The translations under genes and the position numbers were made by a program. A model generated the notes under the pieces. It was not told the origin of the DNA. It saw only the letters and a program-made list of their open reading frames with translations, and ran no database searches. This document shows positions 54,458 to 64,000 of a stretch of 64,000 nt of DNA, piece after piece. Where the stretch lies: contig OX597833.1 in NCBI GenBank assembly GCA_951406725.2, positions 8,370,001-8,434,000 of the forward strand. The letters run 5' to 3'. This stretch comes from Octopus vulgaris. Lineage: Eukaryota. The first letter of the stretch is position 1. Every line of letters begins with the position of its first letter.

Positions 54458-55050
54458 TAGCAGTATCGCCCGGCGTTGCTCGGGTTTGTAAGGGAAATAA
54501 CTATATAAGCATTTTTAGAGAGTTATAGCCAAAAAATGCATTAAAAATGGGAAAAAAATGACGGTAAATTTTTTTTTAAATCGTTGACTCATCGTAGACA
54601 TTTTTAGAGAGTTACTTCCCTTATATAATAGCGAAAAAATGCATTAAAATGGAAAAAAAATGATGGTAATTTTTTTTTTAAATCGTAGACGCGCTAATAC
54701 CCAGAAGGGCTCGATATGAATCACGACTATAAGATACCCGGTTTTGATTAAACTGCACCGCAAAATGTGGGAGTAGTTAGGAATCTAAATCGTAGGAGAC
54801 AGACACACAACCTCTCTTTTATATATAAAGATATATATATGTATATGTGTGTATGTATATGTTTGTGTGTCTGTGTTTGTCCCCTCAACATTGCTTGACA
54901 ACCAATAGTGGGGTGCTTACGTCCCTATAACTTAGCAGTTAGGCAAAAGAGGCCGACAGAATAAGTACCAGGCTTACAAAGAATAAGTCCTGGGGTCGAT
55001 TTGCTCCAGCATGGCCACAGTCAAAAGACTGAAACAAATAAAAGAATAAT
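54090..55050 (+). mobile_element. SINE family A interrupted by nested insertions
   Basis: Head at 54090-54250 and tail at 54840-55050. The gap holds another repeat (54253-54415) and a Helitron. Confidence 0.8.
54457..54831 (-). mobile_element. Non-autonomous Helitron, same 3' end as 23946-24334
   Basis: ctagcagtatcgcccggcgttgctcgggtttgt is the reverse complement of the 24302-24334 terminus. 5' end is TCTTTATATATAAAAG. Inserted in (TA)n. Confidence 0.75.
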
Positions 55051-55542
55051 CATAAAGGAGACCAGCTGGTAAAATTGTTAGCAAACCGGACGAAACGCTT
55101 AGCGGCATTTCGTCCATCTTTACATTCTGGGTTCAAACTCCGGCGAGGTCAATTTTGCCTTTTATTTTGTGGGTCAATAAAATAACTACCAGTTGTGTAC
55201 TGGGGTCAAAATAATCGACTTTACCCTCCCCTCACCCACAAATTTCTGGCCTCGTGCCAACATTTTTCCAAGCAGGTCCCAGTGATACAACTTCTGACTT
55301 CCTCCTCTAAAACAAGTCTCTAATCTGTATTTCATATCTTAGATTCATGATTAAAATATTGGATTGGCAGAATTGTTGGAGAATCAGAAAAATGCCTGGC
55401 AGAATTTCTTCTAGATTCTTCTATGGACGTTGTTATGAAAGACATTTCAAATTATTAGAATGATTCCACTAAAAATGCCTTCACTGCATTTTAAACATTA
55501 AATGGAGCATTTATACTCCAGACACAGATGTCTTTGCATACT

Positions 55543-55912
55543 CTCTTTTACTCTTTTACTTGTTTCAGTCATTTTGACTGCGACCATGCTGGAGCACCGC
55601 CTTTAGTCGAGCAAATTGACCCCGGGACTTATTCTTTGTAAGCCCAGTGCTTATTCTATTGGTCTCTTTTGCCGAACCGCTAAGTGACGGGGACGTAAAC
55701 ACACCAGCATCGGTTGTCAAGCAATGCTAGGGGGACAAACACACATATATATATACGACAGGCTTCTTTCAGTTTCCGTCTACTAAATCTACTCACAAGG
55801 CATTGGTCGGCCCGGGGCTATAGCAGAAGACACTTGCCCAAGATGCCACGCAGTGGGACTGAACCTGGAACCATGTGGTTGGTTAGCAAGCTACTTACCA
55901 TACAGCCACTCC
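55543..55912 (-). mobile_element. SINE family A, near full length
   Basis: Closely matches 36683-37114, with a shorter internal microsatellite. Confidence 0.88.
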
Positions 55913-55964
55913 TGCAGGAATCCAATTAAATCAATGATGATGATGATTCTGAAAAGCCAAATGA

Positions 55965-56610
55965 GATGATCTGGCCATAATAGTTCGTATGGAGGATGAA
56001 AGCACACCTGGACATCTGTTTTATGGCAAGTTTGCAGAGGGGAACCGCAATTGGTGTAAACCTAAAAAGATGTTTAAGGACTACCATGAAGTCACTTGGA
56101 ATGGGTCCTAAGGCCAGAGAAACCCTTGCTTCAGATCGAGCTGGATGGTGAACAAAAATGTGGAGTGGAGTGAAAGCATTTGAGGAAGTCATGCAAGACT
56201 CTAGAGAGATTTAAAGAAGAATTTTGTGATCGAGAAGGTGAATCTCAGTGACCCTTTTTGAGTGCAGAGTTTGTGACAGAACCTGCCTTTCTTTTGCTGG
56301 ATTCAAATCTCATTTGCAGACCCATGGAAAACGAACCTCTACCAACTATTCTGCCTATATACCTGTGCACACCTTTCAACGCTCTGTATGCCAGAAGGTC
56401 TGCAAATCTAATGAACAAATCAAAAAACAGTTTAAGATCAACAAAGATCAGAACTTAACTGCAGCTCTCTTGGTGGTCTAAATCAGATATGCAATCTAGG
56501 TGGGTGGCTTTTCAATACATTTAAAAAGCCACATCGAATGCCATGATGGCTCTAAGGTTTTTGGGTACAGGAGGTGGTCAGACTCTGCATAAGGAGTAGA
56601 CAACCACCAA
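55965..56610 (+). mobile_element. Decayed LINE 3' end (RTE-like) with C2H2 zinc-finger remnants
   Basis: FYGKFAEGNRNWCKPKKMFKD and FECRVCDRTCLSFAGFKSHLQTH, with stops and frameshifts. Confidence 0.6.
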
Positions 56611-57209
56611 ATATATATAAAAACAGGGCTAATTTAGATACTTCTCTAAAAACTGAAAAATAATGAAGATCCTTAATTGATGTTTTGAACTTTTGGGGTT
56701 CTCATCAGCAGTGTCTGGGCCCTTAACTTGTTAATAGGGTCACAGAGACACTATGATGAGATACATGTTTTATGCATTTTGAGACTTGATGAAGCCCATC
56801 CTTGTCCAGATTTGCCTAAAGGTAATTCCTCTCAAAAGACAGACAGACAAAAAGAAGAGTTGACCCCAGTACGAGACTGGTACTTTATCAACTCTGAAAG
56901 GATGAAAAGCAAAAGTTGACCTAAGCAGGATTTGAACTCAGTGGGCAGACAACCAGAACAATTACCACAAAAGCAATGTATCCAATGATTCCCTGAAGCT
57001 TTATTCAAGGTCCCCCACCCCCTGCTATTATTGCTTGAAGCTTTAAACTACAACAGTGGCAACACCTTGAATAAAGCTTCAGAGACTCTTGACCAGACGA
57101 ACAAAACTGGATGCAAATGCAGGCCACACTGGAAGACATCCAACGGAAAATATGTTGGACAGATTGAAACTCAATACCGTAATAACAACAACTATGTAAA
57201 TGTATATTC

Positions 57210-60200
57210 TCCTTATTTATTTGAATTGTTTTGGGTGTGTGTGGGTGTTGATGGGATAGGAACTGTTGAAGATTGAATATAGTTGGAGGAATGGATGATG
57301 TTGACTTAGAAACCTTTCTGTAGTGACTCGAGTTCTTTATAAGAGACAGAAATTAATGCCATCCATTATTTCTATCTCTCTATAATTAGAATCATAAACC
57401 TCTTCAGATGTTTTATTAAAAAGGTTTCTATTGTCTTTTAAAACCAAAAGTCAGGATTAGTGGATGTGTTTGAAGAAGGAGATTTCAAAGACATTTCTTC
57501 GGTTGAAACCAACTTTTCCCTGTTTCCCATTTTAACGTATAGTTGTCACCATGAACCATTTGTCTAGCTCCCTAAAACGGGTTTACTGCAGCCCTTTAGC
57601 CAAGCAATTTTACAGCTGGGGATAACATACCTTCACCAAACTACATCCTTTTAATACAGATTTTGTTGTTAGCACAACTGTGATGCACCATTACATTTTG
57701 GACTGTTTTCTTGTGTTCATTTAACCATTCCCTGTTGATTAAAATCCTGATACATCTTTTCTCTTTCTCACATTTCCCCCTCCATGCACCATGACCACCT
57801 CTCACAGTGAAAGCAACTGTAGCAGTCTTTCAAATCAAAATATAGAAAACAATTAAAAACTAAGGTTTGTTTCAGAAATCTGATTAGATGCCACCAGATT
57901 TGTGAAAAATCCTGTAATAATTCTCCAGGATGGTGATATAACTATGTTTATTAAAAAAATATGAACTAGATTAAATGAGGGTTCAAATAGTTGGCAATAC
58001 CAAGCTCGCACTTATGGGCTTACTGGATCTAGGCTAGAACAATTCTACTTCCAAAAAGAGGACTTTCTAGACCATTTATTTATGAGCACAGCTAGAATTA
58101 ATTTGAGGCTCTAAGCTTAATACCACCGAGTGACCATCCTTAGGTAAATGGACTACCAGAAACCAGAGCTGAAATTGAGAAACTGACCCAATTATCTGCA
58201 GAGTGACTATACCTGGTTGGTAGATTCATTCATTCCTTGAATAACTGGTTCATGGTTACCTCTAAAGGAGTTCTAGTTGCAAATGAACAGACTCCACTCC
58301 CCCCCAGTGTCAGAGACCATCAACATAGGGGGTCATGGACGTCTTACATAAAGAGCACTGGTCATATTTAAGCAAGGCACCTTGTATTAAAGTAGATAAT
58401 TCGAGATAAATGAACCACTAAATTACAAATGTAGATTATCTAATTTCTCCATAGGAATATTGGAAACCGTAAGGAGTTCTGTTAGAGTAAAATTCTCAAA
58501 ACTCATCTCAGTTATCGAAAATGACCAAGATAAAAGTTAACCTGTTCATTACCATATTTCTAATGAAATCAGGTTTGTGACATCAAGGGCCGTCTTAGGT
58601 TGGCGTCAAAAGAGTGCAGAGATATTTATAGATTACAATATTATTTAATTATAAATCTACCAATTTCATTCTAGGAAAAATAGATCTCTTCGAATAAACA
58701 ATCCTTGGAGAGCAGGAAATAGTCCTGGCGCTGATGGCATAAAATGCTCTCAAATGATGCTATATATTGAAAGGATTAGCAAGAGGAAAACCAAGGAGCC
58801 AGGTGAAAACAAGTACTGCCCAGCTGGAGTAGTGATTGGACAACCAAGTGGGGGTGGGATCATTCTCTAGACCAGTGGTTTTCAACCGGGGTTCCGCAAG
58901 AAGTTACAAAACTGCTAAAATCGGCAGTAATTTTTAATTCTCCTGTGCAGATATGTGTGCATAAGACTATTAAATTATTGCACAGGGGTTCCTCGAGCCA
59001 GTGGAATGTTTCCTTGGGGTTCCACTCCAGCAAAAAGTTTGAAAAGCACTGCTCTAGACAAACATTGGTAGTTCATTAGATGACTGAATTGTTGTAATGT
59101 GTGGCGCCAAGGGAGGAAAGACTAAAAATATCCACAAGAATTAATGTAAGGATGAAGTGAAAATAAGCAGAAACAAGAAATACCTTCACATTCTTTATCT
59201 GGTGTGAGCTTCAGATTTCGTAATCTCCATTATATAAAGCCAGATTATCCAGTATTTAGCAAATTATTTTCCATGTGAAGTTGATTTACCTCCTACAAAA
59301 TCCTTAGAGCTATGACATTTGTTGGTGGTAGTGGATAGCTCACTGCTCCAGTATGGCAGTAAAATCTTTTGCCAGGTGTTGCGTTAAAAACTATTTACTT
59401 TGTAGTAGAACCAATACGGAAGTTAATAAAATATGAATTGGGTGGGTTGGATGGTTGGTTGCCTCCTGCATTCATAATCAGAAAACGAAACTTAAAAGGG
59501 GTCAGAGTGCAGGTGACAAAGGAGCAACGAAAACCCAGCCAATTTCTTACTTTATCAACCTGTAAAGAAAACGGTAACACAATAATAAAGAACAAACAAA
59601 TAAGGTATTCTGCAAATGTCTTTTAATTAAAGGAGGAGGAGGTGTTGTGTAGTATCTTAACATTGGAGTGTTTGGTAGGTTAAAGTTGTCTTTCCCCCCC
59701 CTCCCCAGTCCTGCCAAACTGACTAAACTGGTCAGTTCTGAGAGATGCCAACAGTTTTTGGTCATTAGCAACTACTTTGTCCCAGGAACCTTAAGAGAAT
59801 GGCTTATTCCTCTTTCTAGTAAATTTCCATCCATACCTTTTTACGAAGTCAGTCATTTTGAGCCTTTAAAATATCCTCAACCCTCAACAGGTCCTCAAAA
59901 ACTGCCACCAACTTGGTAGCTGGAGTTAAAGAAAAATCAATCCCTTCCCCAGATGGTTTCTACGTTGAAATATAGAGTTGCACTTCAAAGGCAGTTAGAT
60001 GTAGTATGGCCACTGCCTCTGCTCATTCAACTTCCAGAAAAAAAATGAAGAAAGCAGGGAATAAAGTGATTTCCGGAAGAAATTTAAGTAAAATAACACT
60101 AAACTCTTTAATATTGATATAGCACATTCTTAGTTTCCCTGCTTAATAAAGCACTGATTCTACTGCCAGGGTTTTAGGAAGCAAACAAAGAAACCCCAAA

Positions 60201-60848
60201 AAGTCCATGAAATCAAAAAAAAAAAAAGGAAAAAAAGAAAAACCCCAAGAAAATAAAAAATAAAAGCTACATTTAACTACCCTCTGGACAATGTCCCAAC
60301 ATTATTATCAGAACCTTAAATAGTCTGATGATGAAAGGGTCTGAGGACAAGGGAAGTGGGAGACAAGCAATGAGCCCTTTCTAAATGCCATCCAACCATG
60401 AGATTTGGGCTTTTGGTCTTCAATCCTGGTCGTCGCTGTTTGCCTGCTAACAACACAAAGTGGCTGTTCTATTTACACAACTTTCTACTTAGCAGGTATT
60501 TTCCTGTAATGTTTCTTTTAAATATTTTTTGCAGGTGTTTTCAGGAGGTAAAAAACTTTAGGGTCAGGTGTTATATATACATGCTGATTCTGTATATATA
60601 AATATATATTTTAAGTAAATCTGTTGTGACTGGATTTATTGCATCTGTCAATGGCAAGCTGTCAGTAATTCTATCCGCATCTGTTAGCTTCTCTCTTCCT
60701 GGACAGAGCCAGACAAGGTAGTTAACTGGTTGCTTCCCTGCTTCCGTTCCAAACAAAAATGGCAGCAATGAGTTGGAAAGGATTCAAAATCTGACTACTT
60801 CGATGTCCGATGCTTTTTTTGTTGTTTTTTTCAGTATTGAGATGATTA
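57210..60848 (-). other. Probable long LSM14 3'UTR
   Basis: About 3.6 kb nearly free of SINEs and microsatellites, unlike the flanks. Minus-strand AATAAA candidates occur near 57412 and 57216. The end point is uncertain. Confidence 0.45.
58873..59051. mobile_element. hAT (Charlie-like) MITE, copy 2, opposite orientation
   Basis: TIRs cagtggttttcaa and ttgaaaagcactg; 8-bp TSD ctctagac (58865-58872, 59052-59059). The interior matches copy 1. Confidence 0.9.
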
Positions 60849-60872
60849 TTAGGTGAAAACAGCAATGGGCCT
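60849..60872 (-). CDS. LSM14: LSM14 terminal coding exon (RPIAVFT*)
   Basis: Strong acceptor tttttgtcttacag, phase 0, TAA TAA stop, followed by long repeat-poor UTR-like sequence. Confidence 0.65.
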   Translation of the reverse strand, partial: RPIAVFT

Positions 60873-61179
60873 CTGTAAGACAAAAACATTTACATTAATT
60901 TAATGATCATTTTCTGGTCATTAAGTTTACAAGAAACAAAAAAGATTCTATTTATGACACAATGACAAAGCAGTGAATGATATCATTACCCCCACCACCA
61001 CATTAATTTATTAATCCTGTAATTGTGGTAAGGCAAGCGTTAATTGTTGTCCAACTCCAAGGAATTTCATGCAAACAAGTCATTTTCCTATATTTCTCAG
61101 TAACTGCAAAGCATTGGTTAAGCATTTAACAAATGTTTAGCAGCAAACCAAAACCACCAAATCCTAAGTCATTTTAGCA

Positions 61180-61413
61180 AATGGCACGTAATAAGCACCA
61201 TCCAACCGTGGCTGTTTGCCAGCCCTGTCTGGCACCTGTGCTGGTAGCATGTAAAAAGCACCCACTACACTCACAGAGTGGTTGGCGTTAGGAAGGGCAT
61301 CCAGCCGTAGAAACATTGCCAGATCAGACTGGGTCTGGTGCAGCCTTCGGGCTTCCCAGAGCCCAGTTGAACCGTCCAACCCATGCTAGCATGGAAAGCG
61401 GACACTAAATGAT
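61180..61413 (+). mobile_element. SINE family C in the last LSM14 intron
   Basis: Same modules and body. Confidence 0.85.
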
Positions 61414-61598
61414 TATCCAATAAAAATCACTTTCAAGGGAGACATGGTCAGCTACAGATTGACAAGACTCAGAATTAAACTGAAAACAGTCCATGATCTT
61501 CTGAATTCCTGAATCACAAAACTCTGCCGCATCCAACAATCATTGAAATTCAATTTAGCTTAAGTCCTCAACAGGGAAGACAAAGGAAGGGGGTTTAC

Positions 61599-61753
61599 CT
61601 TGTTCAGAGCTTTTTCACCGTTTACGTTGTTTGCTTCATTGTGTTGGTTATCTGCCCAACTAGAATCACCCCAACCAGTATTTCCGGAATTTCGTCGGAA
61701 GTTTCCTCTGTAATTACCACGGTTCATTCCTCTACCTGATGGATAAAAAGGAG
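61599..61753 (-). CDS. LSM14: LSM14 penultimate coding exon
   Basis: (A)PFYPSGRGMNRGNYRGNFRRNSGNTGWGDSSWADNQHNEANNVNGEKALNK; in frame with the preceding exon; GTAAAC donor. An alternative in-frame acceptor starts the exon at 61735. Confidence 0.82.
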
Positions 61754-61977
61754 CTGCAACAAAAATATTTTTATTTTAATGTTGACAGCAGACATTGAAA
61801 TGGTTATTACAATTCATGGAATTTTTAAAAATAAGGTTGACTATTTTACATTTCATCTAAATGGTACAGCACAGGCTGAAAATTGATTTTATTTCAATGG
61901 AAAGCCAAAGAACACAGCCAAAGATACAGTGCATTATTAACAAACCGAAAAGCCACTGGGCAAAAAATGATATTTAC

Positions 61978-62108
61978 CTCTCCCCCTTCGACCTCGGAAA
62001 CCACCTCGACCTCTCATGCCTCTGCCCCTACCACGATAACGTTCTGACACTCCAAAAGTTTCTGCATTAAGTTTCCGTTCTTCTCGCCAACTTGTTCTAT
62101 TTACACGA
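61978..62108 (-). CDS. LSM14: LSM14 exon with TFG box and RGG repeats
   Basis: [43 protein letters not shown]+G; WxEERxLNAETFG is the TFG box. Confidence 0.94.
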
Positions 62109-63302
62109 CTGGGAAAGAAAAAAAACCTTGCTTAATAATTAAAATCAGCTTCAAATTCCATAACTGTCTTCATAATTTGCACAAATTCGCATTTTATGTA
62201 GTTTTAAAACAAGATTGAACCAATTCACAATCTGAGAGAAATTAGTTCCAAACGTTTGTCGATATTCTAATACTTTAATTTTTAATTGCAAGGCTGTTTT
62301 TTTAAATTCAGAAAATAAGTTACAAATATAAAAATTTAAATTTCAAATGGAAAAGTGCCCCATGATAATTTTTTTGATATCAAATGCAAATATTTACAAA
62401 AATATTGCAGTTCTAAATCCTATTTTTTTAAAAATGAAAATCCAGAAAATTAAACAGGCAGGGACCAAGTTGGTGCTGAAAATAATTCTTTGTGTTGACT
62501 TTCAAAAATGAACATCTCACCTGGCACAACGTTAACTCTTTAGCATTTAGGCCAGCCATATCCAGCCCAAATAGTTTACCTGTTCTATGCTCAAATTGTC
62601 AAAATCCAGACTCCTACACCTACCCAACAATGTCCTAAAAACACAATTGCATCAAAATCCTAAAGTTAAATCAATGTGAACATCAAATTTGACAGAGTAA
62701 TCCGAATGAGAAAGGGTTCAAGGCCTACATTTAGAAATTATTAAAAGTAGATCATTTCTAAACAATGAGTGAAGACAAAGGTTCAGTTTAATGTTGAAAA
62801 TTAGGAAGTTCATATTGGAAGGAAAATATCTGCAGGATTTTCAAAAGGATTTAAAAATCTAATTCTATTCAGAAGACAAAAATTAGGAAGTCGCGTAACT
62901 TCCATAACTGGTTCCAATACTAAGAATATATTCAAATATCAAAATTTATTCAATCATCGTATTTATTGGATTTGGGCAAAATTCATGTCCAACTGACAAA
63001 CATTAACACCACCCTGATAAACAAATTTTATCACAAAAACATTTCAAAGTATATCATAAATAGTCTTAATCTTTAGTTGTATTCCATAGTTAAGCAATTT
63101 TTTTTTTACTAAAATCTCTAAATTTAAAAATGTAGTTACAAAGCTCACAATTTCTAATTAAAACAGCTAACCCTAAAGCAAACAACTTCAAATTTTAGTA
63201 CAAGAACTGCCAAAGATTAAACAGAATAATTCCTGCAATTGTAGACTATATTGGCGAACAGTAAAACGGAAGATCATTATGATGTAAAGTGGAAAATCTC
63301 AC

Positions 63303-63468
63303 CCATGTTCACGCTCAGTTGCCTCACAGCTGATGTTATCAAAGAAAGATTTGGTTTTATCATAGTACACCGTTTCTTCATCCTTCTTCACATCTTTCTT
63401 TGGAACTTCTGGTTCCTCTTCAGTTTCTGGTTTTTCTCCATTCACAATAGGAGTGGGATTCTTTTCAT
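63303..63468 (-). CDS. LSM14: LSM14 exon with FFD box
   Basis: (N)EKNPTPIVNGEKPETEEEPEVPKKDVKKDEETVYYDKTKSFFDNISCEATEREH+GG; YYDKxKSFFDNISC is the FFD box; phases match the neighbouring exons. Confidence 0.94.
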
Positions 63469-63887
63469 CTGAAAAGATTTCAAAGTTAAAAGACAAACTC
63501 AGTCAGGGCAGCAAAAGCACAACATTTGGGGTGATAGGGATGTGGCAATTCAATCAGGCAGATTCAGTAATTTAATTTCATAAAAGACAAAACACCCAAG
63601 AACAAGTCAATGTGCCTAAAAATATCCCAAGTTTAAATTATCCTTCAAGGGCTGAACAGTTTGACAAGGCAGGGCTGTGCCAAATGCCAGTATCAGCTTT
63701 GGCACAGTTTCTATGGCTGGGTGCCCTTCCTAAAGCCAATCAGTTAAATGGAAGGTGAACATAAGTGGTTCTGAGGATTGGACAGAGTGGGTAAGACAAG
63801 TTCATACTTAAATTACTGTTACTCCAACAACAATAATAACCCACCCCTATTACAAAAGAAAAAAACCCCAGCAATAATCCTACTTAC

Positions 63888-64000
63888 TCAGTGTTAACTT
63901 CTTCAGCTCCTTCTCCACTTCTTCAAATTCAGCGTTGGCACTCTCAAAATCATAGTCATTCTCAAATTTGAGAGGTTCTGAAGGTTGTCTGGAGTTCCCT
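63888..64000 (-). CDS. LSM14: LSM14/RAP55/Tral homolog, FDF-motif exon (runs off the window end)
   Basis: GNSRQPSEPLKFENDYDFESANAEFEEVEKELKKLTL+A, matching the (D)FDF motif KFExDFDFESANA; GTAAGT donor. Confidence 0.9.

Noticed and set aside
56248-56481. C2H2 zinc-finger gene
   Set aside because: One finger plus a broken second one within a decayed LINE tail, with surrounding stops and no exon structure.
60325-60345. C/D-box snoRNA or hammerhead (ctgatgatgaaagggtctga)
   Set aside because: The boxes are too close together, there are no supporting stems, and it is antisense to the putative UTR.
63930-63965. DYDF instead of DFDF in LSM14 as a functional novelty
   Set aside because: A conservative aromatic substitution with the rest of the motif intact.

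Overview
Eukaryotic, AT-rich, very microsatellite- and SINE-dense animal genomic DNA. The repeat families and simple-repeat load suggest an octopus or other coleoid cephalopod (inference). Almost all ORF-track entries are simple-repeat or SINE artefacts. Two real spliced genes lie on the minus strand. (1) A complete 11-exon mitochondrial aspartate aminotransferase, GOT2 (ATG 52565, stop 27626, 1287 nt CDS, 428 aa, all GT-AG introns in phase). (2) The last five coding exons of an LSM14/RAP55/Trailer-hitch homolog (FDF, FFD and TFG boxes, RGG tail; stop at 60849) with a probable long 3'UTR. The rest is nested TEs: tRNA-derived and RTE-tailed SINEs, RTE LINE fragments, mariner/Tc1 relics, hAT and Tc1 MITEs, and non-autonomous Helitrons. 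The most notable non-obvious signals are: a perfect 75-bp-arm palindrome at 16675-16830 made of two minimal type-I hammerhead-ribozyme motifs, with a third tandem copy; a decayed Penelope-like RT 6-8 kb away; another hammerhead-like motif inside GOT2 intron 1; an 854-bp foldback element with ~220-bp TIRs and an 8-bp TSD just upstream of the GOT2 start codon; and several intronic inverted repeats that could form dsRNA in GOT2 pre-mRNA. I cannot support a claim of a wholly new system. The ribozyme/Penelope and foldback observations are the best leads.
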